Below, in pieces: positions 39,869 through 52,413 of a stretch of 64,000 nucleotides of DNA. The position numbers and the translations under genes are program-made. The notes under the pieces were generated by a model. The model had not been told where the DNA came from and did no database searches. It saw only the letters and a list, made by a program, of their open reading frames with translations. Every line of letters starts with the position of its first letter. The stretch's first letter is position 1. Source of the DNA: Epiperipatus broadwayi (lineage: Eukaryota; Animalia; Onychophora); NCBI GenBank assembly GCA_028023455.1, contig JAQFVV010000001.1, positions 30,566,001 to 30,630,000 on the forward strand, in the 5' to 3' direction.

Positions 39869-40299
39869 CTAATTCAACGCCTAAGTTATACCCATGAGTA
39901 GCTCAGCTACTTGTAATCAATAACAAATTATTGTTTTAATTTAGTGGCAAAAGAATTGACCGACAGATAAAGCTTTAAGTTTAAAAGACAATTTATTTTA
40001 ATCAACATTTATTGAACTAATTTTAAATACTTTTGTAAATCTTAACTAACATAACACTGGTATCATGATCACACACATTTTAATTCACACACTATAATAT
40101 CATATAACAAAGCATTAAGTAATATTTGAAATTTAAAATACAATGAAATCAATATATACTAATGCATGAACACACAATATTTTAAACAATAGTTCATCTG
40201 TATGCTATAGAGTTCATATTATTTGACTCTTAGAGGCTTTAAGAATGCAATGGCTACTTTATAAATGAGAATAAAATGTTATTACCTAGATTTTTGAAC

Positions 40300-40790
40300 G
40301 TGGATTTAGAACTTTGTTTTCTTCCTGGTTGCTGCTTCTAGTACGAATTTTTCCAGCCGGCTGGGACATTTTCTTGAGTTTTATTATTATTCATTGGCAT
40401 TATTCTTGGAGACAGCTAAATATTGGTGGCAGATTTCAAGTTGTTATACAAACTATCCTTTTCATGGGCAGGTTTTGCTGTTTCACTGGACTCAGGCAAG
40501 AGACAGTCCTATGTTTCCGATGTTTTTAACATTGCATTATTGACTGACTTAATCTCAGCTGCTCAATCTCAACTGCTTTTTCAAATGCAACTGTAATCTC
40601 AACTGCACGATCTAAACTGTTTTCTAAACTGATTGTCTGATAAAAAACTGGACTATTTATACTTAAAGCCTGTTGTCATTTTGATGTCTGCCAGCAATAT
40701 CTGTTGTCGAAATTTCTTTCTGGTTTTTAATTGCATTTCTCGAGATAAACTTTTAATCCTGTTGTTGGAGATGTTAATTAGCAGCCATTG
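40300..40790 (-). mobile_element. Gypsy/Ty3-type gag remnant
   Basis: SINSPVFYQTISLENSLDRAVEITVAFEKA resembles the gag motif GI..xx.R.RLL....LTLDKAIEIA.A.E; degraded CP-type knuckle downstream; no LTRs identified. Confidence 0.5.
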
Positions 40791-41368
40791 CAAACATATT
40801 ATTTTTACATTTTTAATTAGTATCCACCATTGTATTTTTAATGATAATTTTCTACATCATTTTCTTTTTTTATTATTATTTACTACGCATACATTTATTA
40901 TATTTACCATCACACATATATATTTTACTAACAGACTCATATTAATTCATCATTTACGCACATATAATTTAATATCAATTCACTATTTAGTTTTTAAGAT
41001 GACTTTTTCTTTAACTTAAATAAAAGACATTTATATTTTTAATTATTTGAAAATCAACTTAATTTTTCCCATAAAACTATGAATTAATAGTTTTTAGCAA
41101 AAACTCTTTAAACTTAAAACTTTTAGTTTGACATTTCTAAAGCAAACCCCCCCTCTTCTCTTTTAATTAATTAATTGTAACTTTTATTTCAAAAACTCTT
41201 CAATTTTTAATTTTACGTTTACGAAAACAAACTGCAATAAAACTAACTTTTACATACTATTTCTTTTAATGAATAATTTTATTTTAATAATTTTTAGACA
41301 AATTATTAAATGTACCAACCATGATATTGGTACAATAGCAAATTCATAAATGCATATATGATGTACAC

Positions 41369-44037
41369 CAGTGATGGCCAACCTATGGTAAGTTCGAATT
41401 TTTTACTGGCACGCAAACTATATATCATAATTTTCTTCAATATTTTTTTTTGTTGCTAAAATCTGTACTAATTAAAATTTAGTGTAAACTAAAAATAAAA
41501 TATATATTATATTAGAATTCAATTTACAATAGAACCCTGATTAGAAGCAATACATTATGATATTTTAAGTCAAATAAAGTGATACTGTGGTATCATTTTC
41601 TATTAACCTCTCAAGTGATTCCAGTAAAACTAGAAAGTAAATTGAGTAAAATATTTTATAACTCTTTGAAGTAAGTTTTTTTAAAATCTAAAGTAAAAAT
41701 AATTAAATGTTTTTCTGTTCTAATCTTTTTTCATCTAAACATGTTGACCCCATTCATTTTTTAAAAGGAATGAAAATCACAAAATTCAAATGATGTTTTT
41801 GTTTTTTATTAAAGTTTTGCTGTAAAAGTGAAATGATAAATATTTTATTTATAAAATTATTAAAGCTCATTCAAATTTATTTTTAAAAAATTGGTTTTAC
41901 CATTATAGTAATATGACTAGTGAAATGAAACAAATTATCAAGCAGTATCGAATTTCAAAATTGGTGGACTGACGAGTATGGAATGACTAACAAAGGCACT
42001 TGGGTAGTATGTGTTTTATATTTGGAACAGTTGTATTGAGAACATCTTCGGTAAAACAGCATTATAAGTGAGATCAATTATAAATCGCTCTATGAAAAAA
42101 GTAAAGTTGAACAAAAAAAATATATTGCCCAAGCATTAAAAAATATAAATATTCAATCAACATCTATAATAAAATTTATCGAAAATCATTCAAATATAAC
42201 TGCAGCTAGTTTTTTTTATCTCAAATGTAATTGCCAAATATGGGAAACCTTTTAATGATGGAGAATATATAAAAGAAGCTTAGATGAAATGTGTACTAGT
42301 TCTTTTTGAAGATTTTGAAAACAAAGCAAAAATTATCAGAACATAAAAGATTTATCATTGGCTGGCTAGAAATACAGATAAAGAAAATCCTGAAAATGGC
42401 TAACAACATAACTTACCAACAAAAAAGATATAAAATCTTCTAGTTTAATTTCTCTCTGCCTTGGTCAAAGTATAGATGAAAATGGATCAGCTCGTTTGGC
42501 TATTTTTATTCACTATTGTGTTGGGAATAATATCAAAGAAAATATGATCAGTTTAACCTTAATAATAACAACAACAAAAGGAATATATATTTGCAACATA
42601 GATGTTGCCAAATTGTATCAGTAACTACAGATGGTGCTTATGACTGGAAAAGGAAATAGTTTTCTCATAGTGGACATTAAATTTTGGGTTTTCATTGCAT
42701 TATACATCAAGTTTTATACAAGAAGGCCAGCTTTAAGCCACTGGTTGAATGGTATGAACATTTTTATATCTGCACATTGAGTGAGGTAAACTCAGTATAC
42801 TATGATTTACTTATGTACAACAATGTCATATGGTTAGGTTGAGGATAAGTTCTTCAAAGATTCATTGAGTGTTTAAAAGAAATTAGACTGTTTTTATATA
42901 ATGAGAAAATCATTGAAAAATATAATGAATTAATGGATGTTGAATGGCTTTCAAAATTAATGTTTTTTTTGTTTTTTTTTTTACTGATATGTGTTCACAT
43001 CTAAATAAATTAAATGTGAAACTACAAGATGAAAGACAATTGTCATATTTGATTTGATCAAAGCATTTGAATGAAGTTAAATTACAAATTTTCAACCGTG
43101 ATGTTATTTCTTACACCTTCATATATTTTCCAAATCTAAAAAAGTTCTTGACTGATTTAGAATCTCATGAGAAACCAGATCATTTAAAATTGACACAAGG
43201 CTTTTGTCTCTTATTCAATGAATAATTGATGGATTTTCTTTAAGATTTACACCATTTTCAGAAATATGAAAATTTATTTTATACCCAGACATAATATCAA
43301 TGGACAGTCTCAAGTTAGAAATTTTTGATTGGCTTAATTTGAAAGATATGGAAATGCAATTAATCGATTTTCAATCCAGTTCCATATGGAAACAGAAATT
43401 TGTTGACTTGGGAATGAGAAACAATGGAAAATAATCGGTTATTCGATATATGTAAAAAGAATGCTGAAAAGGAACTATTGACTTCCTGGAGTGCTATTCC
43501 TGAAACACTTAATTGTTTAAAAAAAATAAGGACTGCTATAGTATCAATTTTCTCCTCTACATATGCATGTGAATCAGTGTTTTCAGAAACAAATTTAATT
43601 AAAGGCAGTTCGAGAATTAGAATGACAGATTAATCTAGTTCAGCATGTACATTATTAAAAGTGACAAAATATGAACCAGATATAAAACATTTGGCATCCA
43701 ATGTACAACAGCAAAAATCTCATTAAATAATATCTATTTATGTTAATTTTATATGTTTATTTCCCAAATTTTGTTTTAATTACTATCAATTTTTCACTAT
43801 TACATTTTATTCAACTTGTGCTTTTCTAAATAAATATCATTCACTTGTATTTAGCTTATTTAGAAATTTTGCTTAATTATTATTGTTATTATTATTATTT
43901 TGTTTTATAAACTTTAAAAAAAAAACTGCAATAATTAAATTATTATACATTTTGATTTAATAACTGTTTGGACGCCAATTGTCAAATATTCTTTGGAAAT
44001 TTTTGGCACACACACGTAAAAACGTTCGTCACCCCTG
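41369..44037 (+). mobile_element. hAT/Charlie-type transposon with EPM2AIP1-like transposase pseudogene (~41920-43727)
   Basis: TIRs CAGTGATGGCCAACCT / ACGTTCGTCACCCCTG; TSD ATGTACAC/ACGTAAAC (6/8). Motifs FQNWWTDEYG, GKPFNDGEYIKEA, VTTDGA, FHCIIHQ, WSAIPETLNCLKK..FSSTYACESVFS and KYEPDIKHLASNVQQQKSH*. Confidence 0.9.
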
Positions 44038-44780
44038 ACGTAAACTAATAAAAATATATTACGTTTGCTGTGATGTTTATATGAATGAATCATTTTTATA
44101 ATATTAGGTATTAGAGCAATATTTTTTCCCCTGAATTTAGTGACAAAATGAAAATATTTAGCATGAAAATTATAGAATTCCAATTTGAGTCACTAAATTT
44201 TAATTAATGCATGGTTAAATCTATTACCCGCTTATGTACGTATACATATTGTATATGAATATAAATACATTATGAGAATTAAATAGATATATTAAATCAA
44301 ATGCAAATTAATTTTTTTTTATATAATATATAAAAATTACGATAGTGGAATAAGGACTAATATTTTTTTACTTAAAAAAATACAAAATTATAATCAAATA
44401 GTACCTAAAACTATACAATTTTACGGTAAGTTATAAATTTAAGAATTTGGAATTTTAAATTTTATGGATCATTTACTAAATTTTATACAGACAGGTGTGT
44501 GTCTGTATATATAAGCATACATCTATTAATAAATGATCTTAAATAAAATAGCCTATCACTACAACAATAATAAAATTAAGAATTAACAAAGTTTATTACT
44601 TTATCAAATATTTTTTGGCATAGTGTTTAGCTTCTGGTTTTTTAAACTTGAATAATATTTACATTGAGAAAATATTCTACCAAGCTATATCAAGATTTTT
44701 AGTTTAGTATGAGAATGAGATGCATCATTGTGAACAGCATTATAAAGCTGAGCACTGATTATATATATGTGTGAGGATAG

Positions 44781-44837
44781 TAATCTAGACCAACTGATGA
44801 TTGCTGGTTTAGCATGAAATAGGTATATTGGTGATTA
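44781..44837 (+). ncRNA. type I hammerhead ribozyme, canonical core
   Basis: TAATC-TAG-ACCAA-CTGATGA-T-TGCT-GGTTT-AGCA-T-GAA-ATAGGTAT-A-TTGGT-GATTA: stem I 5+5 bp with a 3-nt bulge, stem II 4 bp and stem III 3 bp. Predicted cleavage is after AUA (44827/44828). Confidence 0.75.
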
Positions 44838-47639
44838 TTTATCTTTTCAACATGTGTGTGATTAGGTGGGTCAGCAATATGAGATGGCACTGAGAGTAGT
44901 GGGACGTGTGAAAGTCAGTTCTAATCCTGCATGTATTACATATATTAGTATATGTTTAAGCCTGTACAATGTATTAATAATAAAAATAGTAAATGTTAAG
45001 ATACACATGTGAGTATCAAACAAAAAATGAAATCTTTGATTTATTTAATTTTTATTGAGGGGATTGCATGAATTAGATTATAAATGCTCTTAAATATTGC
45101 ATCGATATCAATGATAAGTAAATTTGACTAGGACAGCAAAACTAGATATAGATGTTAATGTGTCAAATTCTCTGAAAGCAAATTAAGATAATTAGCCATA
45201 GAAGTACTATGGCTAAATCATAATACTCAATTGGCATTGGTGACAATTTGTTATTGTTTGACATTACCTTAGCTGTTAAAGAAATTTTATCTAAAGTATT
45301 TTGATATTTTTATACCATCATAGAAGTCTTCTCATGATATGGAAAATTCTGAATTAAATGAAAAGTTAGACTGTGGCATATTGTATTAATAAAAAGATTA
45401 TATAAAAGAAATACAGAATTTGGCATTAAGACAACTAAGTCCATTCAGTTGCCTTCATTTGTGCATTATTTTTAAAGAGAAGAGACTCAATTATTTTTTT
45501 CAAGCATGTTCTTTTGTAATCTTTATTTTTTTTTGAAGTGATTGAGTATCAATGTAATTCATGAACTATATTAAGTTAGGAAATATCAACAATGATGTTG
45601 ATAGTTATAGTTTTTACTATGGGATATAAATTTCTTAGGTGATTGATATTTAGGCATGGAGTTTCAGTTTTGAAATGCTTTTGAAATACTCAGGTAATAT
45701 ATGGAAAGATTTGTCAATTTTAACATACTTTTGTCTTACTAATTTAAACTAAGAAATGATTTGAAAATTATCTTAGTGTGGGATTCTATAATATAGTAAA
45801 ATTGATGTGTTTTGTCTATTTTTTGCTGTTTTATGTTTTCTAACAGGTTTTAGATTGCTTTCTTTATTAGATTTAGTATCATTTATACTTCTGGTTTACT
45901 GGGAATTGATCAAGTGTTAATTGATGTGTGATGGGATTAAAGAAAGAAAAAGTTTTTTTTATTGAAAATCAAATACTAACTGAAACAATTGTTATAAATG
46001 AAAATATCAAATTTTAGCTGAATTTTAAACAAATCATTAAAAGTAGTTTATATTTAAAAAAAATTCATTAAAAAATAAACTATAGCCAACAAGATTTCTT
46101 TTTTAATATTCTGCTTACCAAGATATTGTTGTCATAATAACTGTTGTTGAAATGCTGAATACAGATTGAATTTTTTTATTTGAATTTGCCATTATTGATT
46201 TTGGTTTTTCCAATTTTATTATAGGTTTCTTTATCAATTAAATCTAGAGATCCAAATGATCTTATCAATAAAAAAATCAATTATGCAATTTCATTGATAG
46301 ATCTCATTTTGAAATTACAGTTATTCTAAACTATATTTTTATATTGTAAAAGCAATTTAAAACCAACGTAACAGTAATGACATAATTTTAATAAAAATAT
46401 TTTTAATGTTTGAATGACAATAACCAATTTACCTTATTATACAATTCATTCAGGACATGCCACAAAATTCTATATAGACTTATGAATATATCTAACTTCT
46501 TTCATACTATAAGTGGTACAATTTTTTACTGCATTATTATGTTGATTTAATTTAAAAATTATTTCCATGGAGAAAAAGGATTGTATCGGCTACTATGCCA
46601 TAGTTGACAAACAACAGCATAAATTCTTAATACTGTATGGATTTGTTTCAAAAACTGCTTACATAAGATAAAGACATGATAATATGAGAAAATATATGCC
46701 TGATTTTGTCAATTTTATGAAAAAAGTTATTATGTAAATGCTTGGTTTTGATATTTTTAATGAAAATGTTATATATAAAAAGTTAATTATTGAAAGAAGT
46801 AATGCTGTTCCTTGTTTCCATGAACAACATTCCACTGTTGTTACTTCATTGTGGGAAGAGGTAAAAAAAAAAACCTACTTTATAATACATCTAAAGTGAA
46901 TTAGTTTGTATGGCATTAGATGTTTCTGTTGAGAAATCACATGTAATTTTATAACTTCATTGAATGAAGTATATGTTATTTTTTCTACTTTCACAATTTA
47001 TTGAGGGATAATTTTCGATCCAAAAATTTCTCATAGGATTTATTAAACATAATTATTGACAATATATAACATTATCATTTTGCTATTACAGCACAACAGT
47101 TATGATTTAATGTTAGTGTAACCAAGAGAATTAGCTCTGAATTTAAATGATTCTACACAATACATAGAATGATTAAAACAAATACTCTGTTTTGTTCTAA
47201 AAAAAAAACTTTGATGTATCCATCCTCAAAAATGGTATTTTATAGTTCATATTATAGTGAGTCAGAATACAAAAGAAATTATTATTGCAAAAACATTTAC
47301 AGGTGCAGATTTTTGGATATGGTCTAAGATTAAAATATTTGCATTAAAAATAAATCTTGTCTCAAACATATTACAGAAATTTGACTTTATTGTTTTAAAA
47401 ATAGTTGCTTTCATGCTAAAATACAAAAACTATTATCACTGAATTTGCTAATTTAGATTTAAAGTTTGCCATATTGCTGAGATGGAATTTTAATAAATAT
47501 ATTGTGTATATACCCCTATTTTTGGCTTCTCTCAAAACAAAAATTCTTTTTTTTTCTTTTGACAGTTGTATTATTATTGATTTGAATAAAAAAAAATATA
47601 TGACATTCTCTACTTAGAAGAATAACTATGAATATAATG

Positions 47640-49400
47640 CATCATAAGCAATCCAAGAAACTGAAGATGGATTACATTTAGAAAAAAGACATAGTTTTAC
47701 TGATTGCAGTGTTTAATATTTTTGATGTGTTGAAAGTAATATTTAAATCTACAAAGCTATGTAATAATTTTATTAAATAGATAATGATATTGTTTTATAG
47801 GATAGTGATGATATTTTGAACAGTTGGGGAGCACACTTTTATTTCTTAATAATAAATATTGATGTCTGATTTTATTTATAAACCCATTTGAGTAATTCAT
47901 AATTCAGCATTCATTTAATCCTAAAAATTGAAAGATAACTGATTCTGATGTAAAACTGGAAAAGTTTTTAAATAGGACAAATATGTTAACTTCAAAACTA
48001 TCGAAATGCAAGAAGTTGTGCCAGTGATCTTGAGTCCTTTTATTGCTTTAATTTACAAAATTTAAAAGAACAAAAAGAATTGTAAATATTATGGAATATG
48101 ATTGTTATCCTATTTTCAAGGATTTTATTCATAAATTGCTTCTAGTTACAAATGTATGTTTAACTGAGTCACCTTTGGTTTTACAGAATAGACAAATATT
48201 GATATTACTTTAATTATTTTGTTTCAGTTCATCAAAAATATTTATGGCAATGTTTATTTTACATGGTAGAAAAAAAACATTATTGTTAATTGAAAATCTA
48301 AGCTACTTAAATTGAAAAATAAACAGAAATGTGCACTATCTATACCATTCTTGTTCATTTTTATAAAAATGATTTTTAGAACATTGAATATGCTATTTAG
48401 GTTTGGCAGTTCAGTTTGTGACTTAAACATATTAAACGCAAAAAATAAGAACTTGTTCATTATTCTGCAATTTTTTGCCATTTCAAAGAATGAAATACAA
48501 TATATAAAAATCTTTATTCAAAAATACAGATACTTTATCAACCAAGGAAGAAAAAACTATCTTCAGTAACTTTTAATGTGACTGATTATCATTTAGGAAA
48601 TCTGAATCAGTTTAAATATGTAACAAACACCTGCAAGGTGTTGTCACTGTATATAAGATAATCGTGAAATTTATCAGAGATATAACTAAATTTCCTATAT
48701 CTAGGATTGTTATTTTGCCAAATTTAGTTTATAGAAGTGAGATTCCCCTTTGCTATTTATGTTCTATAAAAGCAAGAAAATTTCATTTAAAGATACTTCA
48801 TTATATATTTTGCAATGTGATGGCAGTGCTAATTCATATATGTTTCTCAGCTTATTGAATGTGATGATATTAACACTTGTTCTGATTGGGCTTGTGAAGC
48901 AAATAAACAGTTTAAACTACATTTAATGGAGATACCTACAAGCTGGTCATGGGTTTATCCATTAATGATGTCATCTGTACTTTAGCTATTACCTCTATTG
49001 AAAAGGTTATTTAACCTTTTTTAGATATTAATAAGGAAGCTTACTTAGTTAATCCCCAAAATTAAATGGATGAATAAAGGTGATGTTAATCTATTAAATT
49101 TTTAGATTTAAAATAAGAAATATAGTACAATATTATGATTATTGGTTGTGCATAAAGCTAATTAGTGTTAAGGATTATCGACATCCATTATCAAAAGTTC
49201 CATTCCACTATTAATAGCAAATTTGAAAGCTTTTTATTTAGAAATTTCAAACATTGCAAATCTGGATCTGAAAGAAAAAAATAATGTAGAGAATTATACA
49301 AATAATTTGACGAATAATCATATTTGATAAGCAAATAAAATGTACATATAAACCAAAAAATGATAGAACATATATTACAAAATCATGGATTGATATATCT
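47640..49400 (+). mobile_element. possible ancient Penelope-like RT/GIY-YIG remnants
   Basis: Scattered motifs DSDDILNSW, LEKFLNRTN, FNGDTYKLVMGLS, PFLDIN, KDYRHPLS and KIKCTYK..TYIT; fragmentary and not in one frame. Confidence 0.3.
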
Positions 49401-49899
49401 TGCATTCCTAATTTGCATTTCAATTATGAATTTAATATTGATTTTCAATAGCCTTTATTTTTAAATAGACTAATTAATGATTTTCAATAGCCTTTATTTT
49501 TAAATAGATTAATTAATATGTCTTAAGATGAACTTGAAAATGATAGTTTTAATCCTGGATTGCCAGATTTTTACTGCTAAATAGGGGGGGGGGGATACAA
49601 GCAAATTTAAAGTCTAGAATTTTTCAGCACATTCACCGTATATTAGAGCTTAAAACAATACTGGATATAATTCTTTTATTTATAATGAAAAAAGGTAAAC
49701 TGGTCATTTGTTTAGATCTGTTGAAGCCAAAATTATTTGTTTGAAGAAAAATGAAACCTAAAAAAAGCTTAGCATAAAATTCTATTACTTTTTGAGCTAA
49801 TAGCATTCTTAATAAGGATTGGCTCCCTTTTCAATAGTTGATGTTAGAATTTGTATTGATTTATATATTTAGGTTTGCTGAAATTAATTCCTGATATTC

Positions 49900-50230
49900 T
49901 TTGATAAAGATGCTCTGCATTGAAAACTTGGCTGAGGTAATTTTTTGATGTTTATTACTATATTATTTATTAATTATCTATACATTCTTATAAAATGTAA
50001 TTTTTATATGTATGATCATCAATGGAGAAAGCAAATATGAAAAATTATTCAGAAAATTTGATTGGAAAATTAAGTAGTATATTGTAATGGTAAATAGATT
50101 TGAACCAAGTTCAAAAATTTGCAAATATGCATGGTAAGTTTTGATTCAAATAAATATGAAAGTTGAATGGTTAATAAAATTCAAATAAAAAAAAATGCAA
50201 CTCAAATATATAATAATATTAACTAATGTG
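49900..50230 (+). pseudogene. possible fossil TnpB/Fanzor-like RuvC-ZnF C-terminal half
   Basis: Collinear remnants LCIENL (~49913-49930), YDHQW (~50011), FDWKIK*YIVMVNRFEPSSKIC (50057-50119), then EW and KCNSNI; stops and frameshifts between them. Confidence 0.4.
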
Positions 50231-50999
50231 ATGATGATTTACAATATACAAATACTCCCAAAAGTATTTTGTTTTTCAATTTCTATAAAAAATAAAATTC
50301 AAAGACCAAACTTTCTAAAAAGAAAGTTAACTTTTGGAAAACTTTTAAAGGAGCAATCATCATCAATTATAAATTATTACTGCCATTCTTGCATGTCCCC
50401 CAGTGGATTGCATGATTTATCAAGATTGTGGATATTAACTAGCATTATGGGATAAAATCATGATTAAAATGAGTTAAAAAGACGTGGATTAATAATAATT
50501 AAAAATAAGTTAATTTTTTAATAATGAATAAATAAAACTTGCAGATATACTCAGAACTATTAACATATATACAAAATATTAAACATTTTTAATTTAAATT
50601 TAAGGTCTTATAATATTTATAATGGTAAGATTTTATCACATTCAATATTGAAACAGTCACAAAACATGGTTTTTGTACATATTTTTTTAATAAATTTCTG
50701 GTTGTCTTCATTAATTGCTCCAAAGATGGTACTTCTTGACACTAGTAATGTTAGAGAGTAAATATAGCAACATTGGTGATGTTATATAAGATATAATATC
50801 AGTAGGTCTTGGTTAGTTCTTATGATATTGTCCATTTATTTCTTCTTGGTATTACAGTGGCATTGTGCTGACTAGTTTTGCAAACTTCAGCATTAATTTC
50901 TGGTTGTAGCTACATTTTCCATGCATTTAGACTGGTGTGGTTTTTGTTGCATAGGCACACATTTTAGTAGTCTTCTATTAGATAAAGTCATCATTCTAG

Positions 51000-51870
51000 C
51001 TGTTATAATGAGTTGAGAATATTTTTAAAAAGGTCAGTGAAATAAATTTATAGTGGTAAAAAGTTTCAATCAGTGATTATTTCTTCCTCAGCATGGATAT
51101 GGCTTCAAAAGTAGGGTGGATTGGAATGCAAAGCAATGTGAAATGAAAAGTTAGATCATGTAGTTGCTTGTTTTAGACTTATATATACCTATTTGATGTT
51201 CAGCAACATGTTTTCTAAACAATGAATTTATCACCAGCTAGTGTGAGCTATTTCCATACAATATGTTATTTGAAAAATAAGCCATGGAGACAATTTTACA
51301 ATGCATTATGATTTGACACAAGTGAGTAAATTACGATCTGCTACATAAATGAATGAAAAAGAAAAAAATAGTTTTTTCTCTCTTATTTGCATTAACTTAT
51401 GGTTTAGGAAGAAAGAATAATCTCTGCCAATATTTAAGTATAGGTCAATAACTTCTAAAATATTAATTCCAAAATTTTAATATTATATTTAACTTTGCCA
51501 TCCAGTTTTGCTATAAAAATGTGGGAAGTTTTATTTAAATCTCAGTTCAGGAAAGGCAAAATAGAAAAGATCCAAATTAAATTTTTTAGAAACTTTGCAA
51601 TTCAAATTCTTTTGCATTTCAAGACTACTTTAGTTACTTTTTTTACATTGCAATTTGTCATTATTATTCTACATATTACAAAATAAATTTATAAAATATG
51701 ATAAATGCATAAACTAATTTTTTTAGGAAGTTTACCCAAGTGACATATATATATAAATAAGCACACACGCACAAATGGCAGTTCACATGAGTTTTTGTTA
51801 AACTTTTTTTGTTCAGCAGTGTTATAATATAACCAATCTGAGCTACATCAAATTTATTATAGTTACAAAA
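51000..51870. repeat. dispersed old repeat, copy A
   Basis: Aligns by eye with 56820-57011 plus 57857-58543 (for example ATGAATTTATCACCAGCTAG and CTATAAAAATGTGGGAA, each present in both). Confidence 0.8.
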
Positions 51871-52413
51871 TCCTCTCTCTTTAAGATGAGACAATGGGAC
51901 AGTGTAACTTCATTTTTCATTTGTATGTTGATTACAAAACTTATTTAGTTCTCCAATTGTTTTTAATATTTTAGTTTCACCTATAGTGTTTTACAGAATA
52001 CATAATGTACAATGATTTGACTGAGACTAGATGCTATAAAAATTTCATAGGATTTCAATTCTAGGATTTATAAAAATTTCATTCTAGACCATTATGATAT
52101 ACTATCTCAGTTTGACTTCTGTTAAGCTACTCACAACACATCAAAAATAAAATATAAGCCTTGCTTTCTTGTGAATTTTAGAGGCTAGTAAATACCATAT
52201 GAAAATAAAGTATTGCTCCATTTGTGACTTTTTGAGGCTGATAAATTTAACAAAAACTAACAGCATTTTGCTTTCTTTGTGCCTTATAGGTAAGTGTGTA
52301 AATTACTTGAACAAATGTGTTGTGACAGCACTTGAGACAATATACTTTTTAAAAATCATAACACAGTGTCTCACAAGATCAATCCCAATACATCACTAAC
52401 AATATAATATATC

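Noticed and set aside
40633-41019. 128-aa plus-strand ORF
   Set aside because: Antisense to the gag remnant and AT-rich flank; no coding signal.
46500-47500. Polinton/viral polymerase-like region
   Set aside because: No diagnostic motif could be read in any frame.
47625-47700. ATGAATA-T core with long possible stem II
   Set aside because: Junction spacing to GAAA and stem III pairing do not fit.
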